Shown piece by piece: positions 1 through 9,421 of a stretch of DNA of 21,935 bases (position 1 is the first letter of the stretch; each line of letters opens with the position of its first letter). This DNA is from Amoeboradix gromovi X-113. Taxonomy: Eukaryota > Fungi > Sanchytriomycota. Location: assembly GCA_018985225.1 (NCBI GenBank), contig JADGIF010000085.1, forward strand, positions 1-21,935, given 5' to 3'. The notes under the pieces were generated by a model, which was not told the DNA's origin, ran no database searches, and was given only the letters and a program-made list of their open reading frames with translations. The position numbers were made by a program, and so were the translations under genes.

Positions 1-479
1 TCTTAATGCTTTGGCATTGGCTCTAACGTACATGGCTCGAGGGCTATATGTTGGCTTATTAGAGACACTGTATGTCCTTGGCATTTCGCGTCTTGGATGC
101 ATGTTATTTCTCTAATTTCAGGCCATTCTCAGCTGCTCTTATATTAGAAAGCTCTATGGCAAAATCTGCCTTATTTTAGGCCTTGTAATTTCCTTGAAGG
201 TTTCAGAACTAACTTCATTGAATGTATTTACGATATCAAATAAAAGCTGTAAACCATTTTATAGAAAACCAACGTAATCATTCTCTATCTTCGCAAAAGA
301 TGGGTTGACTGTATAGCTTAGTAGCATAATGCTAGTGTAATGAAAAGATTTTAACAGCTTCTAATTCTTACTCATAAAAGATTTGCTATTTAAAGTTCTT
401 TGTCTATTTTCCTTTGATATCCCAAGTGATGAAGAATCCAAATATATCGTACTTTAAATCAGTTAATTTTTCGACTCAA

Positions 480-503
480 TCTAGTTTTTATATTTGATGT
501 CTC
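480..503. repeat. Solo right terminal inverted repeat of the MITE family at 11783/14728
   Basis: TCTAGTTTTTATATTTGATGTCTC is nearly identical to the MITE end TCCAGTTTTTATATTTGATGTCCC (12133-12156). No convincing left end was found in the window. Confidence 0.7.
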
Positions 504-549
504 CTATCTTTATAAAAGCTTAAAAATTGTTTTTTGAATCTCGTTTCGA

Positions 550-1318
550 ATGGTAAACTCAAAACTAATTCCAATACTAAAACCAAACACTCTAAATCCT
601 GAACATTCCAAGTTCAAGACACCTATGAAGCCAAAAGCCAGTGATAAAGACCCATTTGATAGACTTTCAGCATATAATGTAAATCAAATATTACATACTC
701 ATATCCAAACGCGTAAAAAGATTTTGCTGGACTGTAGATACCCTTTTGAGTTTGATGGAGGTCACATACCTTTTGCTCTGAACTCTCATAACCCAAATGA
801 GATGTTGGACATGCTTTTTAATTTTGAACTCGTAAGCAAAAACTGCGACATAATACTCCATTGCGAGTTCTCGTCAAAGAGAGGGCCTGATATGTACTTT
901 CTTTTAATTTAGGGCACTACTGATCAGAAAGTACGATCGCCAAAAAAATAAAAATAATTATCCCATGTTGGATTTCCCTAATATATACATATTAGAAGGA
1001 GGATACAAAGCATGGTATGTACTTTATGGATCAAATTATAACTGTGGATACTTGCAAATGAACAACTTTCTATATAGAGAGCAATTGATAAAATGTGAAC
1101 GGGAAAGAAAAAGCTGGATGAGTGAATCTTTATGCGCAATAGAGAACAGAGCTCATATGAAATTCATCACTCCTTCCCCAATGGTTTCTGACAAAAACAT
1201 TTGGGATACTAGTCCTTTGAGCAGAATAGGCTCCCCTTTACCCATGCGTAAAACTTATGATGAATCGCCATTTCATATACGTAGAAGTACTAACGACAGC
1301 GATATGATGGAATTTTAA
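550..1318 (+). CDS. CDC25: Cdc25/Mih1-type M-phase inducer phosphatase (rhodanese fold); exons 550-893 and 913-1318
   Basis: Contains DCRYPFEFDGGHI, the catalytic HCEFSSKRGP (HCX5R) and YILEGGYKAW. Removing 894-912 joins the two ORFs in frame (…RGPDM-ALLIRKYDR…YPMLDFPNIYILEGGY). Confidence 0.93.
894..912 (+). other. 19-nt GT-AG spliceosomal intron in CDC25
   Basis: GTACTTTCTTTTAATTTAG; its removal restores the frame and the conserved Cdc25 spacing. Confidence 0.85.
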
Positions 1319-1685
1319 TAAATATGTTTTAATACTGTAAACATTTTAAAGGAGTTCACATATAATATATGAAACAGTTAAGGAGTATCTCTTTTCCTTT
1401 TTACAATACGCACTCAGATAAACAGCGAATAAGATACTGAAAGAATATTGCAATGAATTTATTGAAATACAATTTTTAAGACCATGACCTTTTCAAAAAA
1501 TTCAATGGGCCTTGGCGTTTGATTTTTGTGCAAATTATTTTTGTGTTGGTAAAAGCTGGCTAATGTATATCCAACTAGAATATGAAGCTACCTGGCCGTT
1601 AAATAGCTGGTACTAGAGGAATTTCTTGGCTAATATGTCAGTTTTTGCTAAATTTTAAAGTTTGTCTTTTGCTTTTCTCAGGCTT

Positions 1686-1714
1686 GACATACTCTGTGAA
1701 AAGTAGACTCTGGG
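1686..1714. repeat. Degenerate copy of the left arm of the 83-bp mini-element
   Basis: GACATACTCTGTGAAAAGTAGACT vs GACACACTCTGTAAAAAGTAGACT (21810-21833): 22 of 24 identical. Confidence 0.65.
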
Positions 1715-3049
1715 TGTAGCTGGATAGGCAAAAAGAAAAGAAACAATAATAAAGATGTTTACATGCCAATTAAAAGGCACCCAAAACTAGTTTACCAGTC
1801 TTGTCAAGCAATTGCACTGACATAAGCAACAAACACAGAATAATTAGTGCAATCAACAAGATAGCTCCAACATTGTCATCTGCCATGAATGCTATAAACT
1901 GTTGTTGAATTCTAGAGCAAATATTAATAACGGGCTAATGAGCCTACCTAATGATCATCCAGAAGAGCAGCTAGTATTCAATATTTCCACATTTATTTCT
2001 TGCGTAAATAGGGTCAGATTATCTACTGGGGACAAGCTCTATTATGCAATAACTAACTTCGCCAACCTCTTAGATGAGTTCCTAATTTCCAGACCAACTG
2101 GGAAGGTATAGGAATGTGTCAGCATACTATGCTCTTAGAAGCAAGGTAAAGGATAACCAATATTGAACTTGAACATTTCAGACACGCCAGCAATGATTAT
2201 CTCAAAAGTCAAATGTTCAAGGCAATTAAAATCCAAGTATCGCATTAGAAAAGCGAAGAAATATCGGTTTAAATGATTCAAAATTGAGCAGAAGATTGTG
2301 GATTTGATGCCTAACGAGCTGTATTGGGTTACGTATAGCTGTGAACATAGAAGCAAAGATCTAAGTGAAGAGTGGGATTAAGTGATTTTCTATGGTGACG
2401 AAGACTATCAGCAAGACAAAGAGGGCGACTGAAGCATCTCGAATAAGAAACTGATGCATGTTTTCCGTAGAAGGACATTGGTCTTACTCATTTCTATCTT
2501 CTTAACATCCAAAGACGGCTTCAACTGTCATGAGAATAATGACATAAGGTCATTCATTTGATCTCGTTGAATCTCAAGGTTACGCCAGCGTGATCGATGT
2601 GATTGCATATTATTAAACCCTTCAAGTAACAAAAAGTAGCGGCGTTAGGTCTGAATGGGAAAGAACAGGAACCTGTAAAGAGGAGCCACCTAGTTCTTAG
2701 ATTATAGACTACTAGATATTGTACTAGGTTAGATCCACCGTCTTTAGACATTTGTTGTTCAAAGGCTGTCTAGTTTTTTACTGTGAATCCTAGTCCCAGG
2801 GTGTTATATACAAGTCTCCATTTTTAGAGCCATTGAATTTAATTGATCGAACCATGTATGGTGATTACATGAGATACACAGCTCCGACATGCTCTGTTCT
2901 CAGACTTTCAAATTGAGTAAAATCTTGGATTCTCTTCTTTTTTCTCCATGAAAATGGGTCGAGGCCTCTAGCAACGTTTATTCAGCTGTTTTGCAAATCA
3001 GGAGATAAAGATGCATGAGGGCTCCATGCAGGTAGCCGTTGACACAATC

Positions 3050-3283
3050 ACCATATGGTACTAAGAGACTTCGTGATCTATGTGCTGCTGTAGAGTCTAT
3101 AATTGCCAACTTGACTGGCAGTACTCGTGCAATATATGACAGCAAGGCAGACATAGTTATATATGTCGTTGTCGAATCCTTCTTTAGGGTATCGGAAGAG
3201 TGAGCAACCGCTGTAATGAAGTTTCTGGCTGTTGCTTTCACTGAAAATTCCTGATTTTCTCTTAATCCAGGCTTTGAAGCAGG
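3050..3283. repeat. Diverged copy of dispersed repeat family B (decayed coding-like sequence)
   Basis: The blocks AGGGTA..AAG.GTGAGCAA.C.CTGTAA and GATTTTCTC align with 11460-11577. The same blocks plus ACCATATGGTA align with the reverse complement of 18264-18430. Confidence 0.6.
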
Positions 3284-3588
3284 GCTGCAAATGGTAGAAT
3301 TAAATAAACTTTCAATCTTATTTGTGTCTCAAGTGATCAACGTAATTGTTTAGATTGAATTTTCAAGAACAAATACTTCAGATATCGGAGTTTGCTGATA
3401 CTGAAGCGACCTATGTATATGCAGGTGACATATTGTAAGATCTATCGGCGTTTGACTAAAGCGATAAAGCATTATCATAATAATTGAAGATTCCTGCTAT
3501 AATTTTTAATGACATACCCGCAACAGCTCAATAATACCTGCTAGATTAATCTTAGGAAAGATCTGCTTTTTAAAATCAAACGTTATAT

Positions 3589-5802
3589 GGGACATGCAAT
3601 GACATTCTGGCCTCATCGCTTCTTTGAAACACTCCTTAATAAAATCGTATTTAAACAAATCTTGTTTTTGTTTCCTTCAAACATGTATAAAGTCTTAAAA
3701 GCGAAATATTCAAAAGAATTACTCAATATTCGTTTACCTTTACGTTATGGTGCTAATATAGATGATCCCATTCTATATGGAACACCTCCTAGAAAGAAAC
3801 AAAAATTACTCAAGGACCTATATCAAAAAGAAGAATTAGAAGAACGATATGAAATATTCAAAGATATTGATAATAGACCCTGTCTTTCAAATTATGATAC
3901 AAGAAAATCAACCATCTCAATGACATTAGAAAAGGCATTGTTTCATCAAGGTGGAAAAATCAAGAGGAACAAATTGGATCGTGTTGTTTCAGGAATTTCT
4001 AAAGCATCCTTTTGGGTATATTTGTTTTTGAATTGGTACACACAGGAAACTAGTGATTTATATCCAATTGCGGATCAATGTCAAACGAGTATCACATTTC
4101 TTCTATACTACTTTGTCCATTGTGAAACTAGAGGTAGGAAATTACATGGATCTAAAACACATTTACTTTTGAATCGCTTTGCTACGATGTATCCTAATTC
4201 AAGACAAATTGATTTAAGTGATATTAAAATTGATTCGAATCTATTCAATAATACAGCAACATCTATTATGAATGCGTGTAAACTTTATCAGAAACTATTG
4301 AATGAAGATGATGAATTTTATATCAAGAAACTTCAAAAAGCTATTGTAAGTGGTCAATTCATGAGATGGGAAAGAGCTCATATCACACCAACCAAAAACA
4401 TGACATATGAATTATATGCTAAATCAAGGAATATTTCTAGAGCCTTATTTACATTAGAATTCAGATATAATATCAACAAGAATGTGAATCAAGAGAACCA
4501 TAATACTCATTTTAAATTCAAATGGTTACGAAAACAAGTATTTAAAAGAGATCCTAGATGTGCTGATATTTATATGTATCCAACATCACAATTCAAAGTG
4601 GATCGACTCACTATTGATCTCAAGACCATGCAATCTTTATTTGGAAACAAAACAGAATGGAAGGATCATTTTGATACAACAAAGATGGGTATCAATCCTT
4701 TATTATTAACAACCATGAAAACCATCAAAACAGATGGATTTACTGTACAGTTTGTCTTTGAGAAACAACGCCAGGTCCAATATATGACAAAACAACGACC
4801 CAGCTTTCCGTTTTATGAATGGAATACAAAAGAACCTGGTCCATATGAAAAACTATGTCCTCAAGTCGATTATCCTGATGATAAACCACGCTTTGATAAC
4901 ATCAAGAGTTGTCCATATTTACCAAAGAAACATGGGATACGCTTTCTGAATACATTAAATAAAATGGCTATTGATCAAATTAAGAAAGAACATATGGTAT
5001 GTGTTGATCCAGGTATCAAGTTAGTGTATTGTGCCAAGGCAGGTCAAGATATTGTCTCTATGTCTAATGGTAGACATCATCATCTACTCATGTCAAAACC
5101 TTTTAGAAATTATGATCAAAAACGTAAAAGAGGTATTCAAACTCAATTAGATTTATTAAGTATGACAAGACGTCTAGATGACTATTTAGAAGCAGTGAAT
5201 CATGTTTTTAATGATCTTTCTAATGTCTTTGGAGATTTAGAATATAGAAAATGGCGTTTTAGAAAGGATGGACTTCGTCGAAAGATTGATGATTTAGTAT
5301 ACATGGAATTAATGACTGGTAAGAAACAATGTGCTAATTTCTATTTTAATGATAAAAGAAGAGCTAAACAGACATTTAAAGTCAAGGATCATGAACATAG
5401 AAATATTTATTGGGGTGATGGAAGTTATGGCCATGGGAAAGTAAATGCAGTTGTTCCAAACAAACGATTGATTTATGCATTGTGTAAGAAAGCTAGAGTC
5501 ATCATCACACCAGAATTCAGAACATCGAAACTGTGTTGTAAATGTCATCACATCTTACCCACCAAAATGGTAGACATCAATGGTCAAAGACAACGTCAAT
5601 GTACAAATTGTCTCGTTGTAGTTGATAGAGATGTGAATGCCTCTATAAAAATAGAACAAGTTGTTAAAAGTTATTGTAGAACCTATGAAAAACCAGAATG
5701 GCAAGAATTAGACTTTGAAGCAACAACACCTTCGGGATACCCATTATGTACATCAATCGAACCCCCTATTCATGATAGGGTTAGTTTCTGATTGTATGTC
5801 TC
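3589..5802 (+). mobile_element. Non-autonomous TIR element carrying Fanzor1; Sola2-like GRG...CYC termini, 4-bp TSD ATAT
   Basis: Left end GGGACATGCAAT (3589-3600) and right end ATTGTATGTCTC (5791-5802) are inverted repeats at 10 of 12 positions. ATAT lies at 3585-3588 and 5803-5806. Alternative reading: TG...CA ends with a TA TSD. No transposase ORF lies inside. Confidence 0.82.
3683..5791 (+). CDS. Fanzor1 (eukaryotic TnpB-family RNA-guided RuvC endonuclease), ~702 aa
   Basis: Motifs: IKTDGFTV; RuvC-I CVDPG (D codon 5006); WGDG; RuvC-II TPEFRTS (E codon 5513) directly before the Zn finger CCKC...CTNC; RuvC-III DRDVNA (D codon 5630). N-terminal NLS-like PPRKKQK. The computed ATG at 3587 straddles the element boundary, so 3683 (or 3599) is the likelier start. 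Confidence 0.92.
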   Translation: MYKVLKAKYSKELLNIRLPLRYGANIDDPILYGTPPRKKQKLLKDLYQKEELEERYEIFKDIDNRPCLSNYDTRKSTISMTLEKALFHQGGKIKRNKLDRVVSGISKASFWVYLFLNWYTQETSDLYPIADQCQTSITFLLYYFVHCETRGRKLHGSKTHLLLNRFATMYPNSRQIDLSDIKIDSNLFNNTATSIMNACKLYQKLLNEDDEFYIKKLQKAIVSGQFMRWERAHITPTKNMTYELYAKSRNISRALFTLEFRYNINKNVNQENHNTHFKFKWLRKQVFKRDPRCADIYMYPTSQFKVDRLTIDLKTMQSLFGNKTEWKDHFDTTKMGINPLLLTTMKTIKTDGFTVQFVFEKQRQVQYMTKQRPSFPFYEWNTKEPGPYEKLCPQVDYPDDKPRFDNIKSCPYLPKKHGIRFLNTLNKMAIDQIKKEHMVCVDPGIKLVYCAKAGQDIVSMSNGRHHHLLMSKPFRNYDQKRKRGIQTQLDLLSMTRRLDDYLEAVNHVFNDLSNVFGDLEYRKWRFRKDGLRRKIDDLVYMELMTGKKQCANFYFNDKRRAKQTFKVKDHEHRNIYWGDGSYGHGKVNAVVPNKRLIYALCKKARVIITPEFRTSKLCCKCHHILPTKMVDINGQRQRQCTNCLVVVDRDVNASIKIEQVVKSYCRTYEKPEWQELDFEATTPSGYPLCTSIEPPIHDRVSF

Positions 5803-5820
5803 ATATGTGATTTCTTAACA
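5720..5820 (+). ncRNA. Putative Fanzor omegaRNA (scaffold overlapping the ORF 3' end and right TIR; guide from the flank)
   Basis: CC-TTCG-GG tetraloop (5729-5736). Nested stems ACATCAATC (5750-5758)/GATTGTATGT (5790-5799) and CCCTAT/ATAGGG (5764-5780). The position at the right end fits TnpB/Fanzor guide loci. Boundaries are inferred. Confidence 0.6.
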
Positions 5821-5957
5821 GATAAGGCATCAAGTGTAAAAATTAGACCAATTGCTTATCAAAATAGATTTCATTAAATTGAAAACAATAACTTTATTGA
5901 TGCTCTAAATTGCACAAATAATAGCTGCATTTATTTAATAGTCTTCATACATATGAA

Positions 5958-6455
5958 TTAATTTAAAGTAATGTTTTTAAAACTAATAACCAAATCGTCC
6001 CAAATGAATTCCTTTTTAACAGAGGTAGCTATTCTAACATGCTGCATCAAATCCATGACCCTAAGGGATTGAGCGTGTACAACAATTCCAAAAGAGTGGG
6101 ATTTATTTGGATTGCCTTCATAGAGTGAGAAATCAGCCCCGTAATTAAATCCGTTTATCTTAAAACCAACAATATCGCTATTATCTTCAACTTTTTCCCC
6201 TTCAACAACGTTACGACTTGCAAAAGGAATAACGTTATTAGGATACCTGTAATTTAAGCCAATGTTCCATTTGAATATAGTGTATTTGGGAGATCTAGTA
6301 AAATATGGATGCCTATCATTCAATGATCCCCAGGAAATAGGCAAAAGCTCATATTTACTAGAATTGTATTTGTCTGCTTCTGAGGTTGAATTTGTTTTCT
6401 TAAGTCTATTGTTGTAGCATTGGAGTAAATAGCCATCCCGTACAGCAATGGACAT
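5958..6455 (-). CDS. SEN34: tRNA-splicing endonuclease catalytic subunit, Sen34-like
   Basis: GFNYGADFSLYEGNPNKSHS and RIATSVKK supply the Tyr-His-Lys triad. The motif spacing is closer to Sen34 than to Sen2. Confidence 0.72.
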   Translation of the reverse strand: MSIAVRDGYLLQCYNNRLKKTNSTSEADKYNSSKYELLPISWGSLNDRHPYFTRSPKYTIFKWNIGLNYRYPNNVIPFASRNVVEGEKVEDNSDIVGFKINGFNYGADFSLYEGNPNKSHSFGIVVHAQSLRVMDLMQHVRIATSVKKEFIWDDLVISFKNITLN

Positions 6456-6470
6456 GTATTAAAGTGATGT

Positions 6471-7115
6471 ATGACACAGGGAGGAAAGTTTGTTGAATAT
6501 GTAGAGATTGAAGGTGAGAAAGTAGCGCATTTCGTTATTAACGATGTACAAAATAGATATCACTTGTCTAAACCATCAACATTAAAGGAAATCGGGAAGC
6601 TAACAAAGACAGAGTTGCATTTGAAAGGGAAATATGCGCCTGATAGAGAAAGTGCAACGATATCTGAACCAGCACTTTACATTCAAATAACAGGCCCAAT
6701 TGATAATGTAAAAAAAGCAATTGAGATGATTTACAACGTGAAAGATAAGACTTCTGAACAAATGATGAAAGAATTAGAAACAGTAATTCCGCTGAATATG
6801 AAGGAAGCGATCCTAGACTCAGCCTTTAATATAAGACAGAGACTAGTCGGCAACCAAGGAACATACTTCAAATATATTCAAAATAAATCGTTTTGCACTG
6901 TACAGTTGAAAGGGTCGAATGAAAAAGATTATTTGGGGATACATTTGATTGCACCATCTATAGAAATGCTTAAGAAAGCCGAGGATTTAGTGAATGACCT
7001 AATAAGTACAACTAAAAGAGAGTATGAGAGATTTGTAAAAAGAAGAAATCAATCTTTGAAATCAATGCAAAGCATTGAGCAAATGAACAATCGTTACTAC
7101 ATGCCACCTCAATAA
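6471..7115 (+). CDS. KH-domain RNA-binding protein, KHDC4/BLOM7-like
   Basis: INDVQNRYHLSK, KGKYAPDRESATISEPALYIQITG and FNIRQRLVGNQGTYFKYIQ match the two KH-like domains of the KHDC4 family. Confidence 0.8.
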   Translation: MTQGGKFVEYVEIEGEKVAHFVINDVQNRYHLSKPSTLKEIGKLTKTELHLKGKYAPDRESATISEPALYIQITGPIDNVKKAIEMIYNVKDKTSEQMMKELETVIPLNMKEAILDSAFNIRQRLVGNQGTYFKYIQNKSFCTVQLKGSNEKDYLGIHLIAPSIEMLKKAEDLVNDLISTTKREYERFVKRRNQSLKSMQSIEQMNNRYYMPPQ

Positions 7116-7181
7116 AATAAAGGTGATTGGTTAAAAATTAGAATTTTCTTTACATTTTTGTAAATAGCTTCTTTCGCCGAG

Positions 7182-7297
7182 ATGAAAATGGAAAACCCTC
7201 TCCAATTTTCAAATAAAAGGAAACTTAATGAGGACCAGGAACAAATAGTGATCAAAAGACAAAGAAGTAACTGTATTGAACCTTTAATCTAGACTGA
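7182..7297 (+). CDS. Possible 31-aa basic microprotein with a 20-nt intron (7273-7292)
   Basis: MKMENPLQFSNKRKLNEDQEQIVIKRQRSNY*. The candidate intron GTATTGAACCTTTAATCTAG has the same architecture as the other two introns, and AATAAA overlaps the spliced stop. Confidence 0.35.
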
Positions 7298-7460
7298 ATA
7301 AATAAGTCTATATTAATTTCATTTTGTTAAAATAAATTTAAAACTACTTTTAGTAGAATTCTTAGTTTAATAGCATCAGATGACCATGTTATTAATCATG
7401 TGACATATGGTTTTCTGTTTTTTATATAAAACTCCGCGCTCTGACCATCTGTTTGGAATC

Positions 7461-8983
7461 ATGTCTTTGAAGTTTTCAAGCTCAAGCACTCTACCTAGCG
7501 TGGATAGTAGAACTGGCAAGCAGATTATTCAATTATTCTCTCCTACCAAGGCCTTGAATATTAAAAACTCACGTGAAGATGGGTTTTATATTATGGATAT
7601 GGGTGTAATTGAGGATCAACACGTACAGTTTATTGATCTAATGCCTCGCGTCAAGCCATTCTACGCTATGAAATGTTTTCCAGATAGATACGTAATTCAT
7701 AAATTAATGCAACTAGGCTGCGGATTTGATTGCGCCTCTCTTGAAGAAATCAAAACTGTGTTAGAAATAGCGGATGGCAAGCATGTTGACATCATTTTTG
7801 CGAATCCTTGTAAGTTGATTTCTCATTTACAATTTGCAAAGGACCATGGTGTCAATGTTATGACTTTTGACAATATTGACGAATTATACAAAATCAAAAT
7901 GGTTCATCCTACTGCTCAATTGGTTCTACGTATACGAACGGACGATTCCAAATCAAAGTGTAAGTTAGGAATAAAATACGGTGCTCAACTCTCTTCTTCT
8001 GCTGAAATACTTTTAAAAGCTATGGAATTGCAATTACGTGTAATTGGTGTCTCTTTCCATGTGGGTTCCGGCTGTTTTGATGCCTCGGCATTTAGCGATG
8101 CTATTAAGGCATCTCATCAAGTGTTTCAAATCGCCGCTTCTTTTGGTCTGAATTTTACTCTTTTAGACATAGGAGGTGGTTTTCCAGGCAGTAGAACTGA
8201 CAGTTTATCTATTGAACATGTCGCTAGAACGGTTAACCCATTGTTGGACCAATTATTCCCAAACTGTGCAATTATTGCTGAACCTGGTAGATATTATGTT
8301 AGTGCTGCTTGCACATTGTTTACGACCGTTATCGGTCGTAGAGTTGTACATTATGAAGGTGAGGATCTTGGTGACGATGCCATGACTCTTCCTAGTATTC
8401 CATTACCAAAGGATCAAATTGAAAATGAAATTACAAATTATGAGAACGTGCAAAAGGGAGATGTTATCAATGCGTCACAAGTAGTCCGTAATGAGCAGCC
8501 AGGATTCATGTACTACATTAGTGAGGGAACATATGGAGCGTTCAATTGCGTGTACTTTGATCACGCAGAAATAGTGCCTAAAGTACTAACACGCTACCAT
8601 CAACTAGTAGATAATGTATTGAACAGATTAAACGTACCTCGCAGTGCTATTGAGTCATTTCAAATGTAATTTTTATCTTACTTAGTGTACCTGAGAAACC
8701 ATTTTTAAACTCATTGTCTCCTATAATGGATTGCGATGCTGTATTCGCATGCAGTATCTGGGGGCCTACTTGCGACTCAATGGATTGTATTAATAAACAC
8801 TGTGAATTGCCAGAACTTGCAATTGGTGATTGGATGTATTTTGAGAACATGGGTGCTTATACGCATGCATCAGCGAGTGAATTTAACGGATTTAAGAAAA
8901 GTAGAATTATTTATATCCAAGATGGCCAAATTTATGAAAAAGCATTACAAAGCCAAAAGTTAGACTCTGCTTATCAAGAATAA
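7461..8983 (+). CDS. ODC1: Ornithine decarboxylase; exons 7461-8665 and 8686-8983 (alternative start 7407)
   Basis: PFYAMKC (PLP lysine), GFDCAS, VSFHVGSG, LDIGGGFPG, AEPGRY, WGPTCD, FENMGAYT. Removing 8666-8685 joins the two ORFs in frame. Confidence 0.95.
8666..8685 (+). other. 20-nt GT-AG spliceosomal intron in ODC
   Basis: GTAATTTTTATCTTACTTAG; its removal gives …FQIVPEKPFLNSLSPIMDCD…WGPTCD in one frame. Confidence 0.85.
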
Positions 8984-9009
8984 TAATAAATAGAGTATTT
9001 AGAAGGACT

Positions 9010-9354
9010 TTATTTATTGTATATTAGCCTTAAATGATTTAAAAGCCTAGAAGAGATGCCAGGAAAACCAAAAGTTGAAAACATTGAAACTACTTTGATC
9101 AAAAGCAACACCAATGTAGGATGGTTTTGAAGAAACTGGACAATATAGTTCATGAGGCTTGTGTTAACAAGTATAGTGAATGCAAAAATAGCTTGTTCTA
9201 ATTTAGACAATGTGTTATTGATAATATGATACCAAGGTAAATCACTGCAGTTATTTTGGAATTTGTTTTTACCCATGCTGTATATCCTACCCAGTGTTGA
9301 TTCTGTATGTACGCTCTTGAATGAGTATTCAGATACGGACTTGCGAGAACCCAT
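9010..9354 (-). CDS. Small hydrophobic hypothetical protein
   Basis: ATG at 9354, two hydrophobic segments, and a stop fused to AATAAA like neighbouring genes. It fills the gap between ODC and ALDH6. Confidence 0.55.
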   Translation of the reverse strand: MGSRKSVSEYSFKSVHTESTLGRIYSMGKNKFQNNCSDLPWYHIINNTLSKLEQAIFAFTILVNTSLMNYIVQFLQNHPTLVLLLIKVVSMFSTFGFPGISSRLLNHLRLIYNK

Positions 9355-9421
9355 AGACTCCAACTGTGAGAAATATAAATTCAATTCAAAATTTAGTTTA
9401 AATCAGGTTTTAAGTGTTTAT

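Noticed and set aside
1902-3290. Short computed ORFs (1902, 2135, 2554, 2978, 3078)
   Set aside because: Short, several with non-ATG starts, no motifs, and located in a decayed repeat-rich island.
3587-3682. N-terminal 32 aa of the computed 734-aa Fanzor ORF
   Set aside because: The ATG at 3587 is built from the TSD plus the first base of the element, so it depends on the insertion site. The segment looks like the element's left end and leader.
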